Origin: Bacteroidaceae bacterium
GTDB lineage: Bacteria; Bacillota; Clostridia; TANB77; CAG-508
NCBI GenBank assembly: GCA_963621875.1
Contig: CAVFFR010000003.1
Coordinates: 405 to 64,404 of the forward strand
Reading direction: 5' to 3'
DNA length: 64,000 nt
Part shown: in pieces, positions 30,201 to 40,103 of the stretch
Position numbering within the stretch: position 1 is the first letter of the stretch
How the letters are laid out: each line of letters starts with the position of its first letter
The notes under the pieces: model-generated
Told to the model about the DNA's origin: nothing
Databases searched by the model: none
Seen by the model: the letters and a program-made list of their open reading frames with translations, nothing else
Program-made: the position numbers and the translations under genes

Positions 30201-30987
30201 GGTTCTTGAAGTGCATTTAGGAATGGCTGCAAGAGCATTAGGCTGGAAAGTTACAACACCAGTATTTGATGGTGCAAAAGACTACGAGATAGAAGATTTA
30301 CTAGAAGAAGCTGGACTACGCAGAGATGGTAAAACAGACTTATATGATGGTAGAACAGGTGAAAAATTCATAAAACCAATTACTGTTGGAGTAATGTATA
30401 TGATGAAACTACATCACTTAGTAGATGATAAAATACATGCTCGTTCAACTGGACCATACTCAGTGATAACACAACAACCTCTAGGAGGTAAAGCACAATT
30501 CGGTGGTCAACGTTTTGGAGAAATGGAAGTTTGGGCATTAGAGGCTTATGGTGCTGCATATTCGCTACAAGAGATGCTAACTGTTAAGTCAGACGATGTT
30601 GTAGGACGTGTTAAAACATATGAAGCTATAGTCAAAGGCGAAAATGTACCAAAACCAGGAGTTCCAGAAGGATTTAAAGTATTAGTAAAAGAACTTCAAT
30701 CATTAGGTTTAGACATAAAACTATATACTCAAGACGATCAAGAGATTCAATTAAAAGAGGATATAGAAGATGCAATAAGCTTTAGTAACATAGAAAATAA
30801 ATCACTTAATGAAGATAGTGTAATCGACGAAGACGAACTTTCTGATGGTTATACAGAAGAAGACGAAGGTTCGGACGACGAAATTTTATATGATGATATG
30901 GACAACATTGAGGAAAATATGTTAATTGGGGAAAACGAAGATAACATATTGGAAGATGAAGACATATTAGATGATGAAAATAAATAA
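27250..30987 (+). CDS. rpoB: DNA-directed RNA polymerase subunit beta
   Basis: 1,245 aa with hallmark segments [24 protein letters not shown] (rifampicin region), [16 protein letters not shown] and [13 protein letters not shown]. Confidence 0.98.
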   Translation: MTLKLKEVKHEKCTRKTFSKIGDFIEMPNLIQVQKDSYNWFIEEGLGEVLRDISPIVDYSGNLVLEFLDYHMEETTKYTMEEAKERDATYSSRLHVKVRLINKETGEIKEQEIYLGDFPLMTDSATFIINGAERVIVSQLVRSPSCYYAQDFDKVGKKIYTSTVMPIRGAWLEYETDGNDVFYVRVDRTRKLPVTSLLRSIGFVTDEQILDLFGNDPKIKATLDKDPIKKQDEAIIEIYKKLRPGELPTADAARNLFDGLFFDNRRYDLAKVGRYKFNKKLRLATRITDQIAYDDIINPETGEVLVEKGNKITAEVAEEIQDSGINIVDVNVKDEKVRVIGNGIVNIYKMLPNVDLKDLHFNEGVNYNVLKSIIDTTPEEKLHDVIKERRSELVPLTITTEDMVASISYLLNLDYGIGKIDDIDHLGNRRIRCVGELLQNQFRIGLTRLERVVRERMTIQDLDAVTPQTLINTKPISSSIKEFFGSSQLSQFMDQTNPLSELTHKRRISALGPGGLSRERAGFEVRDIHYTHYGRLCPVESPEGPNIGLISALSSFAMIDEYGFVETPYRKVDKKTGKLTDIVEYMPADEEDKYIIAQASEPIGKDGKFVNKKIKVRHKEEITEVDASEVDYIDVSPKQLVSVAAAMIPFLEHDDVKRSLMGSNMQRQAVPLLIPEAPIVGTGMEYKAARDSEITVTAINDGVVEKVTADEITVRNKKKEVDTYKLRKFKRTNGGTCINQRPVVQRGEIVKAGDILADGPSTQNGEMALGRNVLIAFSTWEGYNYEDAVLISERLVKEDVYTSIHIEEYDCECRDTKLGPEEITRDIPNVGDDVLKDLDENGIIRIGAEVRSGDILVGKVTPKGETELTAEERLLRAIFGEKSREVRDTSLRVPHGEAGTIVDIKVFTRENSEELAPGVNQVIRCYIATKRKISVGDKMAGRHGNKGVISRILPEEDMPFLPDGTPVDIVLNPMGIPSRMNLGQVLEVHLGMAARALGWKVTTPVFDGAKDYEIEDLLEEAGLRRDGKTDLYDGRTGEKFIKPITVGVMYMMKLHHLVDDKIHARSTGPYSVITQQPLGGKAQFGGQRFGEMEVWALEAYGAAYSLQEMLTVKSDDVVGRVKTYEAIVKGENVPKPGVPEGFKVLVKELQSLGLDIKLYTQDDQEIQLKEDIEDAISFSNIENKSLNEDSVIDEDELSDGYTEEDEGSDDEILYDDMDNIEENMLIGENEDNILEDEDILDDENK

Positions 30988-31014
30988 AAAGTATAATTCA
31001 GGGGGGCAAAAATA

Positions 31015-34000
31015 GTGGATGAATTAGAAAACTTTGATAAAATGAAAATTGGCATCGCATCTGATGAACAGATAAGAGAGTGGTCACATGGAGAAGTAAA
31101 AAAACCAGAAACTATTAACTACAGAACATTAAAGCCAGAAAAAGATGGACTATTTTGTGAAAAAATATTTGGTCCAACAAAAGACTGGGAGTGTCATTGT
31201 GGAAAATATAAAAGAGTAAGATATAAAGGAATAGTTTGTGATAGATGTGGTGTTGAAGTTACAAAAGCTAAAGTTAGGAGAGAGAGAATGGGGCACATAG
31301 AACTTGCTGCCCCAGTAGCTCACATATGGTATTTCAAAGGAATACCAAGCAGAGTTGCTTTAATGCTTGATGTATCACCAAAAGCTTTAGAGAAAGTCAT
31401 ATATTTTGCATCTTACATTGTAACAGACAAAGGAACTACAACATTATCAAAAGCACAAATATTAAACGAAAAAGAGTATACAGAAGCTGTTGAAAAATTT
31501 GGAAGAGATTCTTTTAAAGCAGAAATGGGTGCAGAGCCAATAAGAGATTTACTAGCAGAAATTGATCTAGATAAATTATCTGCAAAACTAAAAAAAGAAC
31601 TTGAAAAAGCAAGTGAGCAAAAAAAGGCTAAATTAGTAAAAAGACTTGATACAGTAGAATCATTTAAATTGTCAAAAAATAGACCTGAATGGATGATAAT
31701 GCAAGTAGTACCAGTTATACCACCAGATTTAAGACCAATGGTACAATTAGATGGTGGAAGATTTGCAACATCAGACTTAAATGATTTATACAGAAGGGTT
31801 ATAAACAGAAATAACAGATTAAAAAGATTATTAGAACTTGGAGCACCAGAAATAATAGTTAGAAACGAGAAAAGAATGCTTCAAGAATCTGTAGATGCTT
31901 TAATAGACAATGGTAGACGTGGAAGACCAGTAACAGGAGCTGGAAACAGACCATTAAAATCTTTATCAGATATGCTTAAGGGAAAACAAGGAAGATTTAG
32001 ACAAAACTTACTAGGAAAACGTGTTGACTATTCAGGACGTTCAGTTATAGTTGTTGGACCAGAGCTAAAAATTTACCAATGTGGTGTTCCAAAGGAAATG
32101 GCAGTAGAGTTATTCAAACCATTTGTAATGAAAGAGTTAGTTGGTCGTGGAATAGCGCACAACATCAAAAATGCAAAAAGAATGGTAGAAAGATTACGTC
32201 CAGAAGTATGGGATATATTAGATGAGGTTATAAAAGATCACCCAGTTCTTCTAAACCGTGCACCTACACTACATAGATTAGGTATACAAGCATTTGAGCC
32301 AGTTTTAGTAGAAGGTAGAGCAATAAAATTACACCCATTAGTTTGTACAGCGTTCAACGCTGACTTCGACGGAGATCAAATGGCTATACATTTACCATTA
32401 TCACCAGAGGCTCAAGCAGAAGCAAGATATTTAATGCTTTCAGAGAACAACCTACTAAAACCACAAGATGGTAAGCCAGTAACAACGCCTACACAAGATA
32501 TGATTTTAGGAAGCTATTACTTAACAATGGATGTTGATGGAGAGCCAGGAGAAGGAACATATTTCTCATCTCCAGAAGAAGCAATAATATCACTTGCAAA
32601 TGGCGATATAACAATGCACTCAAAAATATTTGTTAGAAGATCAAAAATTGTTGATGGAGTAGAAGTACATAAAAAGATAGCAACAACAGTAGGAAGAATA
32701 ATATTCAATACAGGAATTCCACAAGATTTAGGATTTATAGATAGAAGCAAACCAGAAAATGAATTTGAATATGAAATCGGGTTTGTTGTATCAAAGAAAA
32801 ATCTAGGAAAAATAATTGGAAAATGTATTAGTGTACATGGATTAAACAGAACAGCAGAACTTCTAGATTACATCAAAGCAACAGGTTACAAATACTCTAC
32901 ATTAGGAGCTGTAACAGTTTCAGTAGCAGATGTTCAAGTACCACCTGAGAAAAAAGCAATTCTTGCAGATTCTCAAGCACAAGTTGATAATATATTAAAA
33001 CAATACAAACGTGGTTTAATTACTGATGATGAAAGATATAGCCAAGTAATTAAAATATGGGAAAAAGCAACTGATGATGTAAAAGAAGCAATGAAGAAAA
33101 ACTTCGATAAAGAAAACCCAATGTTTATGATGTCTGACTCTGGAGCCAGAGGTAACTTAGACCAGTTAAAACAAATTGCTGGTATGCGTGGACTTATGGC
33201 AAGTACAACAGGTAAAACAGTAGAAATACCAATTAAATCATCATTTAGAGAGGGTCTAGATGCACTAGAGTACTTTATATCAGCCCATGGAGCTCGTAAA
33301 GGACTTTCAGATACAGCTTTAAGAACAGCAGACTCTGGATACCTAACAAGAAGACTTGTTGATGTTTCACAAGATATCATAGTAAGAGAAGATGACTGTG
33401 GAACAACAGAAGGTGTTGAAGTATTTGACATAAAAGACGGAAATCAAATAATAGAAAAAATGCAAGAAAGACTACTTGGAAGATATCCATTATATGATGT
33501 AATAAATCCAAAAACTAAGGAAGTAATAGTTGATACAAACACACTTATTACAGAAGATTTGGCAGATAAAATAGTAGAAGCAGGAATAACAAAAGTTTCT
33601 GTTAGAAGTGTATTTAGATGTAGAACAAAACATGGCGTTTGCTGTAAATGCTATGGTATGGGATTAGCAAGTAGAAAAGAAGTTGATATAGGAGATACAG
33701 TTGGAATAATTGCAGCACAATCAATAGGTGAGCCGGGTACACAGCTTACAATGAGAACTATTCACTCTGGTGGTGTTGCAGGTGTTGCCGACATTACACA
33801 AGGTCTTCCTAGAGTTGAGGAGCTATTTGAAGCTCGTAAACCAAAGGGACTTGCAATAATCACAGAAATAGCAGGAACAGTATCAATTAAAATAGACGAA
33901 AAGAAGAGAAAAGAAGTTATAATTACTTCTAAAGATGATAGCAGAACATATGTAATACCATTTGGCTCTAAGCTAAAAGTAAAAGAAGGAGATGTCCTAG

Positions 34001-34623
34001 AAGCGGGAGATCAAATTACAGAAGGATCTAAAAACCCTGCAGAAGTTCTTGCTATTAATGGACCTAATGGAGTATACGAATATTTAATTCAAGAAGTTCA
34101 AAAAGTTTATAGAAACCAAGGTGTTGATATAAACGACAAACACATTGAAGTTATCGGTAGACAAATGCTTAAAAAGGTAAGAGTTGAAGATAATGGAGAT
34201 ACAGATATGTTTGCAGGTTCTCTAGTAGATATGTACGAATTTGAAGATAAAAACAAAGAAGCTGTAGAAAAAGGTTTAAGACCAGCAGAAGGAAAGAGAG
34301 TATTACTTGGAATTACAAAAGCATCTCTTGCAACAGAAAGCTTCTTATCAGCAGCATCATTCCAAGAGACAACAAGAGTATTAACAGAAGCAGCAATTAA
34401 AGGAAAAACTGACGAATTAATAGGCTTAAAAGAAAATGTAATTATAGGTAAATTAATTCCAGCAGGAACAGGAATGAAAAGATATAAACAAGTTCGCATA
34501 AATACAGATGAAATAGAAAATGTAGAAGAAAATAACGAAATGCTTACAGAATTGGAAAATACAGAAAAAGCTTCAACTGTTGCAAATTCAACAAAAACAT
34601 CTGCAGAAACAATAACTGAATAA
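31015..34623 (+). CDS. rpoC: DNA-directed RNA polymerase subunit beta'
   Basis: 1,202 aa. The Zn-finger is [23 protein letters not shown] and the catalytic motif is [10 protein letters not shown]. Trigger-loop and bridge-helix regions are present. Confidence 0.98.
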   Translation: MDELENFDKMKIGIASDEQIREWSHGEVKKPETINYRTLKPEKDGLFCEKIFGPTKDWECHCGKYKRVRYKGIVCDRCGVEVTKAKVRRERMGHIELAAPVAHIWYFKGIPSRVALMLDVSPKALEKVIYFASYIVTDKGTTTLSKAQILNEKEYTEAVEKFGRDSFKAEMGAEPIRDLLAEIDLDKLSAKLKKELEKASEQKKAKLVKRLDTVESFKLSKNRPEWMIMQVVPVIPPDLRPMVQLDGGRFATSDLNDLYRRVINRNNRLKRLLELGAPEIIVRNEKRMLQESVDALIDNGRRGRPVTGAGNRPLKSLSDMLKGKQGRFRQNLLGKRVDYSGRSVIVVGPELKIYQCGVPKEMAVELFKPFVMKELVGRGIAHNIKNAKRMVERLRPEVWDILDEVIKDHPVLLNRAPTLHRLGIQAFEPVLVEGRAIKLHPLVCTAFNADFDGDQMAIHLPLSPEAQAEARYLMLSENNLLKPQDGKPVTTPTQDMILGSYYLTMDVDGEPGEGTYFSSPEEAIISLANGDITMHSKIFVRRSKIVDGVEVHKKIATTVGRIIFNTGIPQDLGFIDRSKPENEFEYEIGFVVSKKNLGKIIGKCISVHGLNRTAELLDYIKATGYKYSTLGAVTVSVADVQVPPEKKAILADSQAQVDNILKQYKRGLITDDERYSQVIKIWEKATDDVKEAMKKNFDKENPMFMMSDSGARGNLDQLKQIAGMRGLMASTTGKTVEIPIKSSFREGLDALEYFISAHGARKGLSDTALRTADSGYLTRRLVDVSQDIIVREDDCGTTEGVEVFDIKDGNQIIEKMQERLLGRYPLYDVINPKTKEVIVDTNTLITEDLADKIVEAGITKVSVRSVFRCRTKHGVCCKCYGMGLASRKEVDIGDTVGIIAAQSIGEPGTQLTMRTIHSGGVAGVADITQGLPRVEELFEARKPKGLAIITEIAGTVSIKIDEKKRKEVIITSKDDSRTYVIPFGSKLKVKEGDVLEAGDQITEGSKNPAEVLAINGPNGVYEYLIQEVQKVYRNQGVDINDKHIEVIGRQMLKKVRVEDNGDTDMFAGSLVDMYEFEDKNKEAVEKGLRPAEGKRVLLGITKASLATESFLSAASFQETTRVLTEAAIKGKTDELIGLKENVIIGKLIPAGTGMKRYKQVRINTDEIENVEENNEMLTELENTEKASTVANSTKTSAETITE

Positions 34624-34631
34624 TAAATAAA

Positions 34632-34668
34632 AAAAGTATGTACTATTTTATATAATACATACTTTTTT
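34632..34668. terminator. Bidirectional terminator between convergent rpoC and the fibre-operon adhesin gene
   Basis: AAAAGTATGTA (34632-34642) pairs with TACATACTTTT (34656-34666), flanked by A-runs and T-runs. Confidence 0.75.
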
Positions 34669-34669
34669 A

Positions 34670-36583
34670 TTATTGTAATGTTTGATAAGAATCAAACCAA
34701 GCCCAATTTTCTTGCACTACAAATGGGTCGCTGCTTGAACCAGTTCCAGATAAAATGGTGTCGTTTTTTAAATATACAGTAGGTCTTAAATATCCAGGCC
34801 AACTAGTAGTAGATGGACGAGATAAGAACTCTTTATCATTCAATCTCCAATATTGTCCATTTTTTCCTGAACAGCCAGTCATTGACCATTCGTTTCTATC
34901 TGAATGATACATCCAAGCATTATCTGCAAAGGTAGATTTATTTAGCTGTTGTGATCTAATATTGAATACTTTTGAACTACTACACGATTTTATATAATCT
35001 GAAACAGTAGGAAGTGCTAATTTTGTTACCCAAGCTGCAGATGCACCATCTAATAAGGTATTTTGAGTTCTTTCCCAATTTACTTCTTTTAAAGTACTTG
35101 AATTGCTAGAGATTACAGGTCTTTCAACACCGCCGACATAAAATGTTGCAGTTGCAATATGTCCAGAGTCTGAAAAATCAATATTAAGATCATTGCTGTT
35201 ATCTCCAACTAAACCACTTGATGCCCAACTTACTAATTTTGAATACAAAGTGGTTTTATAAAAGTTACCCTGTTCAGATGAACTATCATTCATATTATAT
35301 CTGTCAGTTAATCCCTCAGAATGAGTTATTTTCACACAATCATTTTCTGGAATATTTATAATTCTCCAAGTTGTAGCAGAACTTTGATCTCTGCTCGTAT
35401 TAGGAAATGATACATAATTATTAACATTTTTACCACTATAGAAATACTTGCTAGCAAAAGGAAGTGAAGTATCCTTACCAGTATCTGCGTTATCAGTCCA
35501 CAAACCATCACTACTACTTAATCCAGTTCCAACAGGAGTTTGCCTTGCTAGTACATATTTTCCAGCTAATGGCCAACGAATTAATACTTCTCTCTCAATA
35601 GTAGATACATTTCCAACTTCATCAGATACAGTGTATGTTACTGCATATCTACCAACTTGAGTAAATGTAGAGGTAGAAGTTATAGCTTGGCTATTTCTTG
35701 TACAGCTGATTCCTACTTCTGAAACTCCACTTTGAGTATCAACTGCACTCATTCCAGTAAGAATGTCTACAGGATTATCTACTCGTGTTACCAATGTTTT
35801 AACGGTTTTCTCAGAACCATTTGCATTATATTCTATACTATCTGCAATTGTAAATTCCGGTGGTGTTTTATCTATTTTTGTTATATCAACTACTAAAGGA
35901 CCGATAATATCACCATCTACATTTTTTGCATATAGTGTAATATTATTTGTATTTTGTTCATAAGTATTTGATGAACTTGTTGACCAAGTTTGTCCTCCAT
36001 CAAAAGAATATTCTGAAAGTTGCAACCCCTCTGTTTTTGGCACAATAGTAAGAGTAACATCATCTTTGGTCCAATTTATTGGATTTCCAGTTACATCTAT
36101 TTCTCCATTTGTTATTGTTACAACAAAACTTTTGGTAAAAGTATATGGATAATTTGCAGAAATTGTTACTGTTACAGTTTCTTTTGCTGGAACATTTGTT
36201 GTAACTAAACGATTAAATATAATATGTAGTGTAGATGAATTTCTAGCACCACCATCTAAAACCAATGATAATTTATTATCTGTAGCGTCAGCTCCGTCAA
36301 CAGAAAAAGTATAATTGCTATTATCTATAGAAATTGTATATTGTATATTTTCTATTGTATAATCTTGATCTATATAGTTATGGAGCGTTAAATCAATATT
36401 TGCAGTATTATTATCATATGGAATTGTCATATCTGTTCCAGTATGGTCGAAGTAAAGGGGAGTAGATGATATAGATAAATTAAGTTGACTTCTTTCCTTA
36501 TATTGTGCTTTAGAAAGTTGCAGAATCCAGATTACACTTATTAATGAAGTTAATATGAAGAAAAAGTATATGTATCTTTTCAT
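34670..36583 (-). CDS. Secreted multidomain adhesin-like protein (last gene of the SipW/TasA-like operon)
   Basis: 637 aa with a hydrophobic N-terminal signal (YIYFFFILTSLISVIWILQLSKAQY). The N-terminal module resembles the small TasA-like proteins upstream. The central Ig-like segment (KTPPEFT...VDILTGMSAVDTQSGVSEVG...GRYAVTYTVSDEVGNVS) is DUF5011-like from memory. The C-terminal ~300 aa are Trp/Ser/Asn-rich. Confidence 0.8.
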   Translation of the reverse strand: MKRYIYFFFILTSLISVIWILQLSKAQYKERSQLNLSISSTPLYFDHTGTDMTIPYDNNTANIDLTLHNYIDQDYTIENIQYTISIDNSNYTFSVDGADATDNKLSLVLDGGARNSSTLHIIFNRLVTTNVPAKETVTVTISANYPYTFTKSFVVTITNGEIDVTGNPINWTKDDVTLTIVPKTEGLQLSEYSFDGGQTWSTSSSNTYEQNTNNITLYAKNVDGDIIGPLVVDITKIDKTPPEFTIADSIEYNANGSEKTVKTLVTRVDNPVDILTGMSAVDTQSGVSEVGISCTRNSQAITSTSTFTQVGRYAVTYTVSDEVGNVSTIEREVLIRWPLAGKYVLARQTPVGTGLSSSDGLWTDNADTGKDTSLPFASKYFYSGKNVNNYVSFPNTSRDQSSATTWRIINIPENDCVKITHSEGLTDRYNMNDSSSEQGNFYKTTLYSKLVSWASSGLVGDNSNDLNIDFSDSGHIATATFYVGGVERPVISSNSSTLKEVNWERTQNTLLDGASAAWVTKLALPTVSDYIKSCSSSKVFNIRSQQLNKSTFADNAWMYHSDRNEWSMTGCSGKNGQYWRLNDKEFLSRPSTTSWPGYLRPTVYLKNDTILSGTGSSSDPFVVQENWAWFDSYQTLQ

Positions 36584-36592
36584 ACCAGCCTC

Positions 36593-37198
36593 CTAATCTA
36601 TTTGCTCTGCATCTACAACAATATTAATTTCATCTGTCAAATTTGCATAAATAACTTCATCTAAACCATTTTGCCATATAACATCTAATCTATATTTATG
36701 TATTTGAGCATTGCTACTCACTTCTATGTAATCAGATATATTATTAGTAAGAGCAATCTCTACAGGATTTGCTTCATCATCTATATTGTACAACTTGTAA
36801 TCTAAAGGCAAGTTAGCAACATTTACAGATTCTATTTTTATTGTATATTTTAATTTTACTTCATTTACATAGGTAGGATTTTCTAAATCCCCTTTAAAAT
36901 TTCTTATCTCAAAAGTTGTGCTTCTTACCGTGTTTGGTATAAATTCTGTTATAGAAGTTTGTTGACCTGATAAATCTAAAACATATCTTGCAGCTCTAGC
37001 TACATCAGCAGAAGCTAAAGTACCTTTAAACTTACCAAATGTAAGACATACTAAAAATGAGGTTGCTACAGCAAGAGAACTTAAGCACGCACTAAATCTA
37101 GCATACAATGGATTGTATACTATTAATTCATTTTTAGAATGTTTTCCACACTTTGGTGCAAAAAATATTACTTTAGTGCTTGCGTGCTTTCCTTTCAT
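36593..37198 (-). CDS. TasA/camelysin-like exported protein (minor paralogue)
   Basis: GAGGGAA precedes ATG 37198 (track start 37210). The signal region SSLAVATSFLVCLTFGKFKGTLASADVARAARYVL parallels the GTLAKY...ARVAKFAY of the 224-aa paralogue. A beta-rich body ends in YRLDVIWQNG. It overlaps the upstream sipW-like gene by about 26 nt. Confidence 0.7.
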   Translation of the reverse strand: MKGKHASTKVIFFAPKCGKHSKNELIVYNPLYARFSACLSSLAVATSFLVCLTFGKFKGTLASADVARAARYVLDLSGQQTSITEFIPNTVRSTTFEIRNFKGDLENPTYVNEVKLKYTIKIESVNVANLPLDYKLYNIDDEANPVEIALTNNISDYIEVSSNAQIHKYRLDVIWQNGLDEVIYANLTDEINIVVDAEQID

Positions 37199-37688
37199 AG
37201 TTTCCCTCATCTTTCTTTTGTTTTTTTGAAGCGTTTAGTAGTAAGAAAAGTAATGCTATAAATATTGTTATTCCAATAGGAGAAGATACAAATTTAACTA
37301 TCTTCCCAGCATAACTAATTTTATAAACTACTTTACCCTGTATTTGAGATAAGCTTACAGGATCATCATCTACATTGTTACTGTCACCTTTTGTATAAAA
37401 TTTATTGTCCTCTATTTTTATAATTCTATGTGTTACTAAAGAATTTTCTGACTGAAATGTTATAATATCATTTTCTTTGTAGCTATCTTCTTTTATTATT
37501 ATTAAGTCATCCACATAAAGCTCTGGAGCCATACTTCCAGATATAACTATTAGTGCCGAATATCCAAAAACTTTAACTAGATTTTGCTTTTTTATAGCTT
37601 TTACATAGAAGATATACGAATTAAGTAATATAAATATTATTGTAAGGAATACTAATATTGCGTTAATAAACTTTTTAGCTATTTCCAT
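37173..37688 (-). CDS. Signal peptidase I, SipW (ER/archaeal) type, copy 2
   Basis: N-terminal TM. The catalytic Ser box is ISGSMAPEL, the His box LVTHRII, and TKGDSNNVDDDP follows. A C-terminal TM is present. Confidence 0.85.
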   Translation of the reverse strand: MEIAKKFINAILVFLTIIFILLNSYIFYVKAIKKQNLVKVFGYSALIVISGSMAPELYVDDLIIIKEDSYKENDIITFQSENSLVTHRIIKIEDNKFYTKGDSNNVDDDPVSLSQIQGKVVYKISYAGKIVKFVSSPIGITIFIALLFLLLNASKKQKKDEGNYERKARKH

Positions 37689-38359
37689 AGACTGTCACCC
37701 TCAAGTTTTGAGTATATATCAAGATATACTGTATATGTAGCTAGTCCGTCTTTTGCAATTTCTAAATCATTATTAAAATCCTCCCATTTCCACTCTAATG
37801 TATAAAGCTCTTGAGAATTTTTTAAAACATAGATATTATCCAATTTCATTTCATCTATTGAAACATAAGAATCTTCATCTCCTATTACATAAACATTGTT
37901 CATTTTTAATTTATATTTTATATTTATGTTTTCGGTATTTTTATCTGTCATACTAAATTTATAATATACTGGCTGACTTGTTGTATTTTGAATAATAAAT
38001 GTGTATGCTCCAGACTGACCTGGCCATATTATTTTTTCTCCATACTTGTTTAAATATTCAAATAAATTAATATTTTCATTTTTGTACCAGTCTTTTCCTT
38101 CACTTGTAACACTAATTACTTTTGTTTCATATGGATTATATATAGCCATATTGAATACGCTTAGTATGTAAGCAACAATTAAAGTTAAAACAATAAATAT
38201 TATAATGACGCTCCAAATTAAGATCTTCCACCTTTTAGTGTACTTTTTGTTTAAAGCATCCATATCTATATATACTTGTTGTTTGTCTTGAACTTTATTG
38301 ATATTAGTGGAAGGATTAATTGGTTTTTGTTTTGCTTTTTGCTTATCTTTAGTAATCAT
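37679..38359 (-). CDS. Membrane-anchored TasA-like protein (possible fibre anchor/accessory)
   Basis: AGGAGA precedes ATG 38359 (the track start 38419 would run through two hairpins). Lys-rich N-terminus and TM WKILIWSVIIIFIVLTLIVAYILSVF. The body shares IIWPGQSGAYTFIIQNTS and YTLEWKWEDF...AKDGLATYTVYLDI with the 224-aa paralogue (LVAPGSEGSIDVILTNKS; ISLGWAWAF...GKAGTATVELQV). Confidence 0.7.
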   Translation of the reverse strand: MITKDKQKAKQKPINPSTNINKVQDKQQVYIDMDALNKKYTKRWKILIWSVIIIFIVLTLIVAYILSVFNMAIYNPYETKVISVTSEGKDWYKNENINLFEYLNKYGEKIIWPGQSGAYTFIIQNTTSQPVYYKFSMTDKNTENINIKYKLKMNNVYVIGDEDSYVSIDEMKLDNIYVLKNSQELYTLEWKWEDFNNDLEIAKDGLATYTVYLDIYSKLEGDSLWK

Positions 38360-38385
38360 AACTATTTCTCCTTCTAAAGTCCCTT

Positions 38386-38437
38386 GCAAAAGAAATACAC
38401 TATTATATTTCTTTTGCAAAGAGCTTTAAGCTCTTTG
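38386..38437 (-). promoter_or_regulatory. Two adjacent perfect hairpins between the major TasA-like gene and the next gene
   Basis: GCAAAAGAAATA (38386-38397) pairs with TATTTCTTTTGC (38406-38417). CAAAGAGC (38417-38424) pairs with GCTCTTTG (38430-38437). Neither hairpin is followed by a U-tract on the transcribed strand. Confidence 0.5.
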
Positions 38438-38447
38438 TATTATGGTA

Positions 38448-39122
38448 TTATACATCTAATTGTGTAACATCACATTTAACTTGTAATTCAACAGTTGCTG
38501 TTCCTGCTTTTCCTAAAGTAGTATCAGTAGTATCAGATTGTGTTGTACCATCACCAGTAAATGCCCAAGCCCATCCTAAAGATATAGTTGATGTAGCATT
38601 TTGAGCTAGTCCTTCAGCCTCACCAACTGCTGTAGCTAATGCATCTAAATCGCCAGTTACAGTAACTTTGTCAGTTGTACCATCATGTAGTGTTACTTGA
38701 GAGTTTGCAGGCAATACACTTGAATAATATTTATCATTGTATTTGTATACGATTGGAATGCTGCTTGTATTTGTTTCTGTTAATGTAAATCCTGCAGATA
38801 TTTTAACTTCACTTTTATTTGTTAATATTACATCTATAGATCCTTCAGAACCAGGAGCTACTAATTTTTTGTTATCATCAGTTAAATTGGCAAGTATACC
38901 TGTATCATTAGTAGTATCAAATAGATTTAAAGTTCTAGTATCTCCTGTACCATCCATTCCTTCTAGAGTATATGCAAATTTTGCAACTCTAGCTGAGTCT
39001 GTACCAGTTACACTTTCAACATATTTTGCAAGTGTTCCAGATATAACACTCATTGTAACAACTGCTAATAAAAGAACTAATAGAGCTAATCTTAAAGTTT
39101 TATTTTTCATTTGTTTATTCAC
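38448..39122 (-). CDS. TasA/camelysin-like exported protein with SipW-type signal peptide (likely major subunit)
   Basis: 224 aa. The signal is KNKTLRLALLVLLLAVVTMSVISGTLAKYVES. The body is beta-rich and Thr/Gly-rich, with PGSEGSIDVILTN and GWAWAF motifs. The gene lies directly downstream of a sipW-type peptidase, as in tapA-sipW-tasA. Confidence 0.75.
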   Translation of the reverse strand: MNKQMKNKTLRLALLVLLLAVVTMSVISGTLAKYVESVTGTDSARVAKFAYTLEGMDGTGDTRTLNLFDTTNDTGILANLTDDNKKLVAPGSEGSIDVILTNKSEVKISAGFTLTETNTSSIPIVYKYNDKYYSSVLPANSQVTLHDGTTDKVTVTGDLDALATAVGEAEGLAQNATSTISLGWAWAFTGDGTTQSDTTDTTLGKAGTATVELQVKCDVTQLDV

Positions 39123-39243
39123 CTCCTCTTATGTAATTTTTTTATTTATTAATTGCTTTATTTTTTAAGCAACAAATAATAACTTAAATTATGTTTGCAA
39201 TATTTTTAGCAATAATTTCTACTGTAATTGCAAAATTTGTATC

Positions 39244-39840
39244 TTATTCTTTTTTATCTTTTTTTAATTCTTGTAATTCTCTTTCTAGTTGTTCTTGTTT
39301 TTCTTTTTGTAATTGAGTATCTTTTCTTCTTTGAACAACATCAGTTATCATAAATAATATAAATGGTATTGAAATAAATATTACTGCGCCTAATGTTGTT
39401 TGTAAAAACATTGCAAAATTTCCAAGTTTTGCAATTCTACCTATGTAAATTCCCTCTACGGAGCTTAAACTCACTAAATTTCTATCTTCTGTATTGTTGT
39501 TATCACCTTTTGTTACAAAAAAATTTTGACCATTTTCCGTTTTGACATCTATAATCCTGTGGGTAATAACAGAAGATCCGCTTCTAAAAGCAATTATATC
39601 TTCCTTTTTTAAATCTTGAGCATTACATTCTTTAATTATTACAATATCTCCTGTCATAATTGTTGGTTCCATAGAACCAGATAGTACAATAAATGGCTTA
39701 TAACCAAAAATGTCTGGTGCTTGGTCTGGATGCATATAAGATTTTACGATTAATGTTGTGTTTACTAACAGTAAAGGTAAAAATATTATTAATATTATTA
39801 TTCCTAATATATTAATTTTTGAATTTTGTTTTTTTTTCAT
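39244..39840 (-). CDS. Signal peptidase I, SipW (ER/archaeal) type, copy 1
   Basis: The start MKKKQNSK at 39840 is preferred over track start 39879. N-terminal TM, LSGSMEPTI Ser box, VITHRII His box, TKGDNNNTEDR, C-terminal TM, and a K/E/Q-rich tail. Confidence 0.85.
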   Translation of the reverse strand: MKKKQNSKINILGIIILIIFLPLLLVNTTLIVKSYMHPDQAPDIFGYKPFIVLSGSMEPTIMTGDIVIIKECNAQDLKKEDIIAFRSGSSVITHRIIDVKTENGQNFFVTKGDNNNTEDRNLVSLSSVEGIYIGRIAKLGNFAMFLQTTLGAVIFISIPFILFMITDVVQRRKDTQLQKEKQEQLERELQELKKDKKE

Positions 39841-39897
39841 GAGTACATCTCCCTTTATTTTATACAATATTATTGTCATTTTATATTACAATTTTAT

Positions 39898-39925
39898 TGT
39901 ATACTTTTTTGTAGAAAAAAGTCAA
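39898..39925 (-). promoter_or_regulatory. Candidate promoter of the SipW/TasA-like operon
   Basis: On the minus strand: TTGACT (39925-39920), a 16-nt spacer, then TATACA (39903-39898). Confidence 0.35.
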
Positions 39926-40103
39926 TATATTTTATTAAATTCCATAAATTTCTAAAAGACACCAAATAAACTCAAAAAATGTGAAAAATAAACAAATTCT
40001 TGAAATATAAGTGTAAGAAATTATTATTTATAAAATAATAGTAATAAAATATTTTTAAATTCATATATTGAAAATAGAGTTTTAGATGTGAAAGAGGTAT
40101 TTT

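Noticed and set aside
30727-30987. Highly acidic ~85-aa C-terminal tail of RpoB (and a shorter polar tail on RpoC).
   Set aside because: Acidic C-terminal extensions of RpoB are common in Firmicutes (B. subtilis has one), so this is not unusual.
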